From an uncultured Acidobacteriaceae bacterium (GTDB taxonomy: Bacteria; Acidobacteriota; Terriglobia; Terriglobales; Acidobacteriaceae), in assembly GCA_963725225.1 (NCBI GenBank), contig CAVRXY010000016.1, forward strand, positions 91,185 to 155,184: a stretch of 64,000 bases of DNA, given 5' to 3'. A program made the position numbers and the translations under genes. The notes under the pieces were generated by a model, which saw nothing but the letters and a program-made list of their open reading frames with translations, searched no databases and was not told where the DNA came from. Of the stretch, positions 37,739 through 47,537 are shown piece by piece; the stretch's first letter is position 1, and every line of letters starts with the position of its first letter.

Positions 37739-38206
37739 CTACGGCGTGATCAGGTTCCTATCCGGGAAGACGACATTCCGCTTGAGGAACGCCTGAGGCG
37801 AATGATCGATCCGGAACTGGCGGAACTCTGCCATGCCCGGGCAGATGTCCTCCTCCCGGTCCAAGAGTTCCGGCAGCGTGAAGGCGGCCACGTGGACCCA
37901 ATCCGGGACCGGCAGGGAGTAGCGGTCGGAGAGGTACTCGGCGACCCTGGCGAGCAGTGCGCGGCGGGGCGGGCCAGAGGAGAGCGGTGGCGGCACAGCG
38001 AAGAACCCGGGCTGCTTGTACCGGAAAGAACTCGTGAAGGAATTCCGACCATGCAAACTCGTAGTCCGTGCGCTCAGCGAGTTCGGCAAGCTGGCGTAGT
38101 TGGCGGGTCGCCCGCTCCCGGCCAAGCCGGGCGGGGGCGTGGTGCGGCCCGCCGTCTTGTCCATGGTCTCCCACGCGGTCCGATCCATGTCATCTCGCCA
38201 CGTCAT
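37739..38206 (-). CDS. hypothetical protein, apparently frame-disrupted twice
   Basis: AGGAGG lies 8 nt upstream of the ATG (38206). The most protein-like text switches frames: MTWRDDMDRTAWETMDKTAG | PHHAPARLGRERATRQLRQLAELAERTDYEFAWSEFLHEFF | RYKQPGFFAVPPP...LARVAEYLSDRYSLPVPDWV... Confidence 0.35.
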   Translation of the reverse strand: MTWRDDMDRTAWETMDKTAGRTTPPPGLAGSGRPANYASLPNSLSARTTSLHGRNSFTSSFRYKQPGFFAVPPPLSSGPPRRALLARVAEYLSDRYSLPVPDWVHVAAFTLPELLDREEDICPGMAEFRQFRIDHSPQAFLKRNVVFPDRNLITP

Positions 38207-39262
38207 CGGGCACTTCCTCCTGTCATCGTTGTGGGGCTGTCCACCGGCATTTCGCAAAGTTCATGGCCAGCGAGGAAACGTCCCTTTTCGCGCCGCGACC
38301 GGCCAGAATAGAGTATGCCGATGTTCACCAACGACCCGCGTGAATTCGCCCAGTTCGAACTGGGCCGCCTGGGCTACGACCTGGAGACCGGCACCGAGGT
38401 CAGCCCCTCGACGGCGACGCCGACGACCTCCTGCTCCTCACGCTCGGCGACGACATCGATGAGGGCACCTTCAACGGCCTGGTCTGGGCTGTGAAGAACC
38501 GTGACATGATCACTCATGCGCGGTCTCCTCTGTATCTGAGCGACACGGTTGGGTCTCACCGAGTCGGAGTATGGGACTGCACCGCACGGATTTTTCCCTC
38601 GTTCTCCAAACCTACCTCTGAGGATGTGGGTAAGAAGACCAAACCACATGTCATCACGCACCAAGGAACTCTTTCTGCTCCTCCTCGTTGCCGTAATTGT
38701 CGCCGCCGTCATGCTCTGGTTGGCTCGCCATCGTGACGAAGCTGCGCTCTCGGCGCTCATGTTCGTGGCACCTGCATGATGCCCAGACATTGTGCTCGTC
38801 GCCGAAGGCCAAACACCAACCTTCTCCAAAAATGATTACCTACGCGGGTAGCTGGTGTCGTAGGCGGATCGGACCCACGTCAGGGCCGTGGACAGGCTTG
38901 ATCCCCAAGGCTCCCGTAGCGTTTCGTGTACTCCGGGTGGATGGGAATGGTGCTCGGCATCCCCGCCGGTGCCAGGGGCGGCCCTCACCATGTCCCCGTG
39001 CATACGTAAAAAGCCCCTCCGCCATTACCAGGTGAAGGGACCTGACGATTTCCGCAGGTTTCTTGGCGCGATATTCCTGGTGACCGGCCTGCCGTCGGTA
39101 TTAGCCAGTAGATGCGTCCGCCACACCAACCCGGAAAGCTGGCCTGCGAGCAGCACTACACGACTTCCAAAGTCTCGAAGGCGGTCCACACCATAGTCCT
39201 GCAGTGGCGGTTAACGTTGGGTCGCTCAACCGGTGCGGAGAAACCGAACGGAGGATTTCTCG

Positions 39263-39535
39263 GTGAGGGATAAGGGACTAGGAGCTGATAGCCGAGACGT
39301 CCCCGAGCGCTGTGCGCAGCGCTCCTTCCCGTACGAGCCCTTTGTCGACGCCGACGTGGCCGCCCAGTTCCTCATGGTGAAGCGCAAGACCATTTTGGAC
39401 TGGGCGCGTGCAGGCGCGATTTCGGCCCATCCGTTCGGACGGGGCAAGCGAGTCGTCTGGCGCTTCCGCATTTCGGAACTGGCTGGCGGTGACCGTACTT
39501 CTCAGGGCACAATGAACTCGGCAGTCCCGAGGTAG
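39263..39535 (+). CDS. excisionase-like helix-turn-helix DNA-binding protein
   Basis: GTG with GGAGGA 7 nt upstream. FVDADVAAQFLMVKRKTILDWARAGAISAHPFGRGKRVVWRFRISEL is the typical MerR-like excisionase fold pattern. The gene lies immediately upstream of the integrase. Confidence 0.6.
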   Translation: MRDKGLGADSRDVPERCAQRSFPYEPFVDADVAAQFLMVKRKTILDWARAGAISAHPFGRGKRVVWRFRISELAGGDRTSQGTMNSAVPR

Positions 39536-39551
39536 CCAGACTGGAGAAAGT

Positions 39552-40793
39552 ATGGCTAAAGCTCAGGGCAATGGCTGGTTCAGAACCAGACAACAAAGCA
39601 AAGGTGAGGTCGTATACTTCTGCCGCTACTCGGTCGATCCAGCAACCGGGGATCGCACGGAGAAACTCCACAAGCTCGGACCGGTATCGCTGTTCCCGGA
39701 CGCGGCAAGCAGGTGGAAAGAGGTGGGAAGGCTCGGACTCACTTCGATCATTGACAATCCCGTATCCGACATGACGTTCGGCGATCTCGTCACGCGGTAT
39801 ATCAATTCTGGTGCGATCGAGTGGAAGACCTTATCGAAGAAGAAGGCCACCGGCACGATCGATGTCCTTCGCCACAATCTGGAAGACTACTGCGTTCTAC
39901 GTTGGGGAAGTAGGCCGGTATCTACGATTGAGCCGAAGTTGGTGGAGGAATGGCTCCTCCACCTGCATCGCGAGAAGAATCTTGCATGGCCAACCATCAA
40001 CAAGGTGAAGCAAGCGATGCAGGGCGTCTTCAAATACGGGAGGAAGGAAAACCTCCTTCCTCCCGACTTCGACCCCTTCAAGGACATCGACTGCGAAGCC
40101 TCTTCGGACTACGAGGCAATCACTTGCACGCCTGAACAGACGCTCCGGATTCTCCGCGAACTGGAAGAGCCGGAATTTATCCTCACCCTGCTCATCGCCG
40201 CCACCGGTCTGAGCATCAGCGAAGCGCTCGGCCTGCAGTGGGCGGACGTCGAATACCACCGCAATCGGATTGTTGTTCGGCGTAGCTGGGTGGAGGAGAT
40301 CGGCAAGTGCAAAAACGTGCACCGCAAGTCGCCGGTTGCTATGCACCTGGCGCTTGCAGCGCACCTCAAGGAGTGGCAGGAGCAGACGCCCTACGCCGGT
40401 CCCGGTGACTGGGTGTTTGCCTCAACCAAACTAAAGGGCGTGAAGCCTCGTTGCGGCAGCATTGCAAGCCAGACGTACCTGTATCCCGCAGCAGCGAAGG
40501 CCGGGATCTTCGATTCCGTCGAAGAGCGGAACGAAGCCGGAAAAGTCCTCCGGCTTCGCTATGTCGATCTCAGCGGGAATCCGATCAAGCGCTGGGGGTG
40601 GCACAACCTGCGCCATAGCCTCGCAACTTGGTTGGTTTCCGAAGGTGTCGATGTGAAGACCGTTTCCTCGATGCTCCGCCACAGTAGCGTCCGCACTACG
40701 CTGAACATCTACAGCCACGCTGTAGATTCCAACAAACTGGCCGCACAGGGACAGTTCCTGGAGTCGTTGCAGCTAGGTGGATTGACCCAATAG
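39552..40793 (+). CDS. tyrosine-type site-specific integrase
   Basis: Core-binding domain, then catalytic residues in LLIAATGLSISEALGL (R), WGWHNLRHSLATWL (HxxR) and MLRHSSVRTTLNIYSH (H..Y). Confidence 0.9.
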   Translation: MAKAQGNGWFRTRQQSKGEVVYFCRYSVDPATGDRTEKLHKLGPVSLFPDAASRWKEVGRLGLTSIIDNPVSDMTFGDLVTRYINSGAIEWKTLSKKKATGTIDVLRHNLEDYCVLRWGSRPVSTIEPKLVEEWLLHLHREKNLAWPTINKVKQAMQGVFKYGRKENLLPPDFDPFKDIDCEASSDYEAITCTPEQTLRILRELEEPEFILTLLIAATGLSISEALGLQWADVEYHRNRIVVRRSWVEEIGKCKNVHRKSPVAMHLALAAHLKEWQEQTPYAGPGDWVFASTKLKGVKPRCGSIASQTYLYPAAAKAGIFDSVEERNEAGKVLRLRYVDLSGNPIKRWGWHNLRHSLATWLVSEGVDVKTVSSMLRHSSVRTTLNIYSHAVDSNKLAAQGQFLESLQLGGLTQ

Positions 40794-40891
40794 CGGAACG
40801 AAAAGCGAATGGACAATGGGTTTGGGACGATTGCGCATGTTGTCCCATCTCCTCAAACACGAATCTAAGTTATTGATGGCGTGTGCTTTTT

Positions 40892-40914
40892 TTCTATGGA
40901 GATTTCTATGGAGA
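40892..40914 (+). repeat. tandem TTCTATGGAGA x2 abutting the tRNA 3' end
   Basis: 40892-40902 and 40904-40914 are identical 11-mers separated by 1 nt. Confidence 0.7.
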
Positions 40915-40916
40915 AA

Positions 40917-40993
40917 TGGTAGGCACGAGGAGACTCGAACTCCTGACCTCTACCGTGTCAAGGTAGCGCTCTAACCAACTGAGCTACGCGCCT
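40917..40993 (-). tRNA. tRNA-Val(GAC): tRNA-Val (anticodon GAC), CCA encoded
   Basis: Manual cloverleaf: acceptor AGGCGCG/CGUGCCU (A1-U72, G5.U68), D arm GCUC-AGUUGGUUA-GAGC, anticodon arm CUACC-UUGACAC-GGUAG, variable loop AGGUC, T arm AGGAG-UUCGAGU-CUCCU, discriminator A73, CCA. Confidence 0.9.
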
Positions 40994-41069
40994 GCGCGGG
41001 ATAATCGACTTACACATCATATCAAGTTTTGCGGCCGATATCCCGGCTTGTCCACCAGTCATGATCGAG

Positions 41070-41105
41070 CACCCGGCGCTCCCCAGTCACCCGGCGCTCC
41101 CCAGT
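41070..41105 (+). repeat. perfect tandem duplication of 18 bp (CACCCGGCGCTCCCCAGT x2)
   Basis: 41070-41087 equals 41088-41105. Intergenic, between the tRNA and the pgsA-like gene. Confidence 0.9.
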
Positions 41106-41211
41106 ACGGGTATGGCGTATGGTCCTTGGGTCTTGTAATATCAGGCTTTTGTACGCCGCTGGGAAACAGCGCCGCGTGGGTCCGTCATCCTCACTTTTCG
41201 TTTTCAAGCCC

Positions 41212-41778
41212 ATGAACCAGCTTCGCGCAGCCCCGAATCAACTCACGCTCTTGCGCCTGTGCATCGTTCCGTTCTTGGTACTGGCCGTTCTCGACGGTCA
41301 CTTTCGCACGGCGTTTGCGCTCTTCGTGCTCGCCGGCGTCACCGACGGTCTCGACGGTCTGCTCGCCCGATGGCTGCAGCAGCGGACCGTCCTTGGGCAG
41401 TACCTCGACCCCGTAGCGGACAAGCTTCTGCTCAGTACCCTGTTCCTGGTGCTGCATCATGAAGGGCTGATTTCCCGTCGGGTGACCGTTCTGGTCTTCG
41501 GTCGCGACCTGGGAATCGTCATGGTCGCGGCCATTCTTTACGCCAGCGTGGGCATGCGCGACTTCAAGCCGAGCATCTTCGGCAAGGCAAACACCCTGGC
41601 ACAAATTGTTGCCTTGCTGGCCGTGCTGCTGGGCCAGTTCTATGCGCCTGCCCCGGTCCTTGCCGTCCGGCACTTTGCCTTGCTCGCTACCATCGGCTTC
41701 ACCGTGATCTCAGGCTTCCACTACGCGTGGCAGATCACGCGCCGCCTCAGCTTCTCTGGCACGCCAGCCAACGGTTGA
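41212..41778 (+). CDS. pgsA: CDP-alcohol phosphatidyltransferase (PgsA-like)
   Basis: The DG(x)2AR...G(x)3D(x)3D motif in GVTDGLDGLLARWLQQRTVLGQYLDPVADKLL. The length and TM pattern resemble E. coli PgsA. Confidence 0.7.
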   Translation: MNQLRAAPNQLTLLRLCIVPFLVLAVLDGHFRTAFALFVLAGVTDGLDGLLARWLQQRTVLGQYLDPVADKLLLSTLFLVLHHEGLISRRVTVLVFGRDLGIVMVAAILYASVGMRDFKPSIFGKANTLAQIVALLAVLLGQFYAPAPVLAVRHFALLATIGFTVISGFHYAWQITRRLSFSGTPANG

Positions 41779-41804
41779 AGGCGCTCAGAACGCCGGCGCA
41801 GAGA

Positions 41805-41960
41805 TCAGGTTTCTTCCTCGAGCTCCTGAGTTTCTTCGATCTCCATATCGCGAAATTCGTTCGAGTCGAAGACTTCGCCACATTCCTGGCACTCGACGTA
41901 CTCGACGTCCTCTTCGCGCGCTACCACGCGCACTTTGGGATGTTTGCAGGGGGCGCTCAT
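41805..41960 (-). CDS. small acidic protein (51 aa) with a C..CxxC pattern, hypothetical
   Basis: MSAPCKHPKVRVVAREEDVEYVECQECGEVFDSNEF... The internal start was chosen within a longer ORF. No family recognised. Confidence 0.35.
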   Translation of the reverse strand: MSAPCKHPKVRVVAREEDVEYVECQECGEVFDSNEFRDMEIEETQELEEET

Positions 41961-42168
41961 TGATGGTTTTCTGGCCGCAGTAATCTGGTGGTATCGGCAA
42001 GATTGTATCCGGGCCGGGCCTCCTGTCAATTTGAATCTGCGAATTCGTGTTTTTGGACTCCCGTTACTGGAATGCGCTCTGAAAATGGACCCGGACCATC
42101 CATTTATTTGAATTCGGACGATTCCGGTCCTATACTGAATACAGCGACCGAGGGAGTCGGTCCCTGGC

Positions 42169-42630
42169 ATGCTCAGACTCACCAAAAAGGCCGATTATGG
42201 GCTGATGGCGCTCAAGTTCCTGGCCGAAAGCCCGGATTCTGCGTCAGTCAGCGCCAAGGATATCGCCGAGGCCTACCACATTCCCCAGCAGCTGCTGGCC
42301 AAGATTTTGCAGCGCCTGGTCAAGGAAGGCCTGCTACGTTCGCATGCCGGGATGAATGGCGGCTACACGCTGTCGCGCCGCGCCAGCGAAATATCGGCCT
42401 TCGAGGTCATTCGGGCAATCGATGGCCCCTTGTTTATCACCTCGTGCGTCACGGTCAGCGGATTATGCGACTTGACCAACACATGCACCATCAAAGAACC
42501 ACTAGCGCGAGTCAACGACAGCATTTCAGACGTGCTCAAGAAGATTCGGATCTCCGATCTGGTCGAGTATGATCACGCCGGGCAGCGCGGCGAACGCGAT
42601 CTGGTAAATATCCAGACGACAAATATTTAA
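42169..42630 (+). CDS. iscR: Rrf2-family Fe-S cluster regulator IscR
   Basis: MLRLTKKADYGLMAL... HTH and three Cys (CVTVSGLCDLTNTC). It is the first gene of the isc operon. Confidence 0.85.
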   Translation: MLRLTKKADYGLMALKFLAESPDSASVSAKDIAEAYHIPQQLLAKILQRLVKEGLLRSHAGMNGGYTLSRRASEISAFEVIRAIDGPLFITSCVTVSGLCDLTNTCTIKEPLARVNDSISDVLKKIRISDLVEYDHAGQRGERDLVNIQTTNI

Positions 42631-42670
42631 GTAACGGATATCGCAGCAGAAGCAGGAGAGTAGAGAAGCA

Positions 42671-43927
42671 ATGAGCACAACCGCCAATGGAACTGTCAGC
42701 GTGTCGTCAGGCGTGCACCTGCCCATATATATGGACAATCACGCGACCACACCGCTCGATCCGCGCGTGCTGGAAGCGATGATGCCGTATCTGACGACCG
42801 TATTTGGAAACGCCGCCAGCCGCAATCACTCCTTCGGGTGGGAAGCCGAAGCGGCCGTCGAGAAGGCGCGCGAGCAGGTCGCCAAACTGATCGGCGCAAC
42901 CGCCAAAGAGATCATCTTCACCTCCGGCGCGACGGAATCGAATAACCTGGCAATCAAGGGCATCGCCGAGATGTACCGCGAGCGCGGCAATCACATCATC
43001 ACGCAGGTGACCGAGCACAAGGCGACGCTGGACACCTGTAAACGCCTTGAAAAGTACGGCTACCGTGTGACCTATCTACCGGTAAAGGCCGACGGCCTGA
43101 TCGACCTTGAAGACCTGAAGCGCGCGATGGACGACAAGACGATCCTGGTCACCATCATGATCGCAAATAACGAGATTGGTGTTGTCCAGCCGGTGGCCGA
43201 AATCGGCAAGCTCTGTCATGAGCGGGGTGTGATCTTCCACACGGACGGAGTGCAGGCGGCGGGGAAAATACCCGTCGATGTGAACGCGATGAACATCGAC
43301 GCGCTGTCGCTTTCCGCCCACAAGATTTACGGTCCCAAGGGTGTCGGCGCGCTGTATGTACGCCGCCGCAACCCGCGCGTGCAGATCTCCGAACAGATCA
43401 ACGGCGGAGGACACGAGCGCGGCATGAGGTCCGGAACCCTCAACGTTCCCGGCATCGTCGGCCTGGGCAAGGCCTGCGAGATCGCTCGCGAAGAGATGTC
43501 GTCCGAAGCCGGGCGCCTGAGCGCGCTGCGCGACAAGTTGAAGGCCAAGCTCGAGAACAGCCTCGACTATATTCATGTGAATGGCTCGATGGAGAACCGC
43601 CTTCCCGGCAATCTCAACGTCAGCTTTGTTTACGTCGAGGGCGAGTCGCTGCTCATGGGCATCAACGACGTGGCCGTTTCCAGCGGTTCGGCATGCACCT
43701 CGGCGACGCTTGAGCCATCCTATGTATTGAAGGCTCTCGGATTGGGAGACGATGTAGCGCACAGTTCTATCAGATTCGGACTGGGACGCTTCAACACCGA
43801 GGCGGAAGTGGAATACGTTTCGGATAAAGTGATTGACGTGGTACAGAAGCTGCGCGAGCTTTCACCGCTCTACGAGATGGTGAAAGAGGGCATCGACATT
43901 TCGAAGATCGAATGGCAGGCGCACTAA
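42671..43927 (+). CDS. iscS: cysteine desulfurase IscS
   Basis: PLP Lys in [12 protein letters not shown], the active-site loop SSGSACTS, and a C-terminal WQAH-type tail. Confidence 0.95.
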   Translation: MSTTANGTVSVSSGVHLPIYMDNHATTPLDPRVLEAMMPYLTTVFGNAASRNHSFGWEAEAAVEKAREQVAKLIGATAKEIIFTSGATESNNLAIKGIAEMYRERGNHIITQVTEHKATLDTCKRLEKYGYRVTYLPVKADGLIDLEDLKRAMDDKTILVTIMIANNEIGVVQPVAEIGKLCHERGVIFHTDGVQAAGKIPVDVNAMNIDALSLSAHKIYGPKGVGALYVRRRNPRVQISEQINGGGHERGMRSGTLNVPGIVGLGKACEIAREEMSSEAGRLSALRDKLKAKLENSLDYIHVNGSMENRLPGNLNVSFVYVEGESLLMGINDVAVSSGSACTSATLEPSYVLKALGLGDDVAHSSIRFGLGRFNTEAEVEYVSDKVIDVVQKLRELSPLYEMVKEGIDISKIEWQAH

Positions 43928-43978
43928 GAGAAAATCTTCTCAACAGAAAGATTTAAAGTTTTATAGGAGAGAAATCAC

Positions 43979-44395
43979 ATGGCATACAGCGATAAGGTCA
44001 TCGACCACTACAACAATCCGCGCAACGTAGGCCAGCTCGACAAGGCCAGCAGCGAAGTTGGCACTGGCCTGGTGGGGGCTCCAGAGTGCGGCGACGTGAT
44101 GCGTCTGCAGATCAGGGTGAACCCCGAGACGCAGGTCATCGAAGAAGCGAAGTTCAAGACCTTCGGCTGCGGTTCGGCTATCGCGTCTTCCTCGCTCGCC
44201 ACCGAATGGGTGAAGGGCAAGACGGTTGATGAAGCGATGGAAATCAAAAACACCGACATCGTAAAGGAGCTTTCTCTACCGCCGGTCAAGATTCACTGTT
44301 CGGTGCTTGCAGAGGACGCGATCCGCGCCGCGATCGGCGACTGGAAGAAGAAGAACAGTGTCGGCGAAGCTGTGCAAGTCGGCGTAGCCAGCTAA
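43979..44395 (+). CDS. iscU: Fe-S cluster scaffold IscU
   Basis: MAYSDKVIDHYNNPRNVG, GAPECGDVMRL, FKTFGCGSAIASSS and LPPVKIHCSVLAEDAI. Confidence 0.95.
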   Translation: MAYSDKVIDHYNNPRNVGQLDKASSEVGTGLVGAPECGDVMRLQIRVNPETQVIEEAKFKTFGCGSAIASSSLATEWVKGKTVDEAMEIKNTDIVKELSLPPVKIHCSVLAEDAIRAAIGDWKKKNSVGEAVQVGVAS

Positions 44396-44459
44396 ATTAG
44401 AGGATCGAATCGGCCACCCATGTCCGGTCTGCGGACATGGGGATGCTGACGCTGAACTT

Positions 44460-44846
44460 ATGACCACCGAACAGTTGACCGTCCTTAACGCGGAGAACCA
44501 GGCTCCCAACCAGAAGGGGATCCAGGTGACGGAACGCGCTCTCAAGCGCATTCGCGTTGCCATGGATAAGGAGGGCGTCTCGCCCACCGAGGGCGGCCTG
44601 CGTCTGGGCATCACGGGTGGCGGCTGCTCCGGTCTGTCTTACAACATCCGCTTCGACTCGCAGCCGCGTGAGCGCGATCGTATTTACCAGTTCGACGACG
44701 TCCGCGTCTTTGTCGATCCCAAGTCGTTTATCTATCTTCACGGCATGATTCTCGATTACGAGGAGACCCTCATGCGCCAGGGCTTCAATTTCATTAACCC
44801 GAACTCGACCAAGTCCTGCGGCTGCGGATCGTCCTTCTCCGCGTGA
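44460..44846 (+). CDS. iscA: A-type Fe-S carrier IscA/HesB
   Basis: GGCSGLSY ... the C-terminal NPNSTKSCGCGSSF signature. Confidence 0.9.
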   Translation: MTTEQLTVLNAENQAPNQKGIQVTERALKRIRVAMDKEGVSPTEGGLRLGITGGGCSGLSYNIRFDSQPRERDRIYQFDDVRVFVDPKSFIYLHGMILDYEETLMRQGFNFINPNSTKSCGCGSSFSA

Positions 44847-44874
44847 TGCACGCCGCCGACGCGGCGTTTTTCTG

Positions 44875-45585
44875 ATGCAGACAGCTGAACCCCAATCCGT
44901 AAGCGCGGCCTGCTGGTCGTGCGGCGCTTCTCTGCCCGACGGCAAACCCTTCTGCGACGCGTGCGGCAGGGTGCAGGCTCCATCTGACGACGCAGACTAC
45001 TTCGCCGTCTTCGGGCTTCCGCGCAAGTTGCACATCGACCTGTCGGTGCTGGAGAAGAACTTCTATCGCCTCAGCCGCAAGCTCCATCCCGACGTTTACG
45101 CGCAGGCCAGTTCGCAGGAACAGCAGTGGAGTCTCGACCAGACTTCCCTGCTCAATGACGCCTACCGCACGCTGAAGAATCCCATCGCGCGCACGGAATA
45201 CCTCCTCGGCCTTGAAGGCGTCGTCCTCGAAGCAGGCAGGAGCGAAGATGGGAAGCCCAAAGATTCACGCGTGCCGCCCGACCTGCTTGAAGAGGTCTTC
45301 GAGCTCAACATGCAGCTTGAAGAGATGCGCATGAATCGCAAAATGGGCGAGGACGATCCACAGCTGCGCGCCGATCTCGAGGAAGCACGCGTTCAGTTTG
45401 AATCGGAACTGGCCGGAGTCGACGCCAGCTTGCAGGCACTGTGGACGCGCTGGGATGCAGCCATCGACAGCGCTGCCGCCGAACCAGAGAAGACCAAAAC
45501 CAGAGACGAAATCGTCGCGCTCCTCGACCGCCGGCGCTACATCCGTAACCTCGTGCGCGACGTAAACGAAGCGCTGGAAAGCTAG
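44875..45585 (+). CDS. hscB: co-chaperone HscB with an N-terminal CxxC...CxxC zinc-finger extension
   Basis: [19 protein letters not shown], then the J-domain ([12 protein letters not shown]...LHPD) and a helical C-domain. Confidence 0.85.
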   Translation: MQTAEPQSVSAACWSCGASLPDGKPFCDACGRVQAPSDDADYFAVFGLPRKLHIDLSVLEKNFYRLSRKLHPDVYAQASSQEQQWSLDQTSLLNDAYRTLKNPIARTEYLLGLEGVVLEAGRSEDGKPKDSRVPPDLLEEVFELNMQLEEMRMNRKMGEDDPQLRADLEEARVQFESELAGVDASLQALWTRWDAAIDSAAAEPEKTKTRDEIVALLDRRRYIRNLVRDVNEALES

Positions 45586-45601
45586 GAAGCATCGAATATC
45601 T

Positions 45602-47524
45602 ATGGCAGAAGCCCGCATCGTAGGAATCGATCTCGGCACCACCAACTCGCTCGTCGCCTTTATGCAGGGCGATCAGCCGGTCGTCATTCCCGGCGAAGAC
45701 GGTTCGAACCTGGTGCCGTCTGTCGTCGCCATTCCCGATGCCAAGAAAGTGATCGTTGGCTATCCCGCGTACCCTTATCTCGCGTCCACGCCCGACCACG
45801 TTATCTACTCCGCCAAGCGCCTGATGGGTCGCGGCGTCGAGGACGTACAGCAGGAGCTGCAGCTCTTCCCTTTCCATCTGGCTCCTGACATTCAACCCGG
45901 CGAAGTGTTGCGCCTTCAGATTGGGGCGCAGCAGTACACGCCGCCGGAAATTTCCGCCTACGTTCTGCGTCAATTGAAGAAGAATGCCGAACGCTACTTC
46001 GGCACGCCCGTCACCAAGGCCGTCGTCACCGTTCCTGCCTATTTCAACGACGCTCAGCGCCAGGCTACAAAAGATGCGGGCCGCATGGCGGGACTCGAAG
46101 TCCTGCGCCTGGTCAATGAGCCCACAGCAGCGGCCCTTGCTTATGGACTCGACCGCCAGAAGGAAGGTATCGTCGCGGTCTACGACCTCGGCGGCGGAAC
46201 TTTCGATATCTCTATCCTCAAGCTGCACGAGGGCATCTTCGAGGTCATCGCCACCAACGGAGACACCCACCTCGGCGGCGACGACATCGACCATCTCCTG
46301 ATGGCGATCGCGCTTGACGATATCCGCGGCGAATATGACCTCGATCTGCGCGCCAACGCCGAAGCCGTGCAAGCGATTCGCAAGGCGGTCATCGAAGCCA
46401 AGATCGCGCTCTCGTCTACCGAAACCGCCCGCATCAGTCTCGATCTACCTGACGGAACGCCCTACCGCCGCGAAATCACCCGCGAGCAGTTCGAACAAAT
46501 CATCCAGCCCGTCCTCGACCGCACCGTCGGCCCCTGCAAGCAGGCCCTGAAAGACGCCGGCATCAAGCCCGAACAGATCGACGAAGTCGTTCTCGTCGGC
46601 GGCTCAACGCGCATTCCTCTCGTCCGCCGCCTCACCGATCAGATCTTCCACCTGAGCGAGCGCGGCAAGAAGCCCCACACCGAACTCAATCCCGACGAAG
46701 TCGTCGCCCTGGGAGCAGCCGTTCAGGCACATATTCTCGAAGGCGGTTCGAAGGCCACTGAGGACATGCTGCTCCTTGACGTCACACCGCTCTCCCTCGG
46801 CATCGAAGCCCTCGGCGGAGTCGTCGCCAAGATCATCCAGCGCAACTCGACCATTCCCGCATCGGCCACCGAGCACTTCACCACCGGCGTCGACGGCCAG
46901 ACCAACGTCGCCATTCACGTCGTGCAGGGCGAGCGCGAAATGGCGAAGGACTGCCGCTCCCTGGCACGCTTTGACCTCAAAGGCATCCCCCCGATGTCCG
47001 CCGGCCTGCCACGCATCGAGGTCAAGTTCCTCATCGACGCCAACGGCATCCTGCATGTCTCCGCCCGCGAGCAGCGAAGCGGCAAGGAGTCCGAGATCGA
47101 GGTCAAACCGACCTACGGCCTCACCGACGACCAGGTCGAGACCATGATTCTCGACTCTTTCGATTACGCCGAGCAGGATTTCGCCGAACGTCAGCTAGTG
47201 GAAGCTCGGAACGAAGCCGCCACGATCCTCGGCGCGGTCGAGAAGGCTCCGATACATCCGGCATGGCAGCAGCTCACCGACGACGAGCGCACTCAGATCG
47301 GCATGATCTCCGAAGAATTGCGGGTGCTCAAGGAAGGCGACGACCTGAAGGCTCTGCGCGACGCGACCCACGCCCTCGATGAGGCCACGCGCCGCTTCGC
47401 CGAGCTTATGATGGACTCGGCAGTCGCCAGCGCGATCCAGGGTCAAACCATGGAATCGGCCGGTGAGAAACTGGGCGAGGGGCCAACGGCGCCTCATCCA
47501 TTCGCCCCAGCAGAAATCAAGTGA
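45602..47524 (+). CDS. hscA: Hsp70-type Fe-S chaperone HscA
   Basis: [33 protein letters not shown]. Its operon position lies between hscB and fdx. Confidence 0.95.
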   Translation: MAEARIVGIDLGTTNSLVAFMQGDQPVVIPGEDGSNLVPSVVAIPDAKKVIVGYPAYPYLASTPDHVIYSAKRLMGRGVEDVQQELQLFPFHLAPDIQPGEVLRLQIGAQQYTPPEISAYVLRQLKKNAERYFGTPVTKAVVTVPAYFNDAQRQATKDAGRMAGLEVLRLVNEPTAAALAYGLDRQKEGIVAVYDLGGGTFDISILKLHEGIFEVIATNGDTHLGGDDIDHLLMAIALDDIRGEYDLDLRANAEAVQAIRKAVIEAKIALSSTETARISLDLPDGTPYRREITREQFEQIIQPVLDRTVGPCKQALKDAGIKPEQIDEVVLVGGSTRIPLVRRLTDQIFHLSERGKKPHTELNPDEVVALGAAVQAHILEGGSKATEDMLLLDVTPLSLGIEALGGVVAKIIQRNSTIPASATEHFTTGVDGQTNVAIHVVQGEREMAKDCRSLARFDLKGIPPMSAGLPRIEVKFLIDANGILHVSAREQRSGKESEIEVKPTYGLTDDQVETMILDSFDYAEQDFAERQLVEARNEAATILGAVEKAPIHPAWQQLTDDERTQIGMISEELRVLKEGDDLKALRDATHALDEATRRFAELMMDSAVASAIQGQTMESAGEKLGEGPTAPHPFAPAEIK

Positions 47525-47537
47525 GAACCTCAGAACA

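Noticed and set aside
37595-38311. A 238-aa plus-strand ORF in the island
   Set aside because: It is Arg/Gly/Pro-rich antisense translation of the better-supported minus-strand gene in high-GC DNA, and it has no RBS.
45305-46372. A 355-aa minus-strand ORF opposite hscB/hscA
   Set aside because: It is an antisense shadow ORF of a highly conserved Hsp70 gene. High GC gives long open antisense frames.
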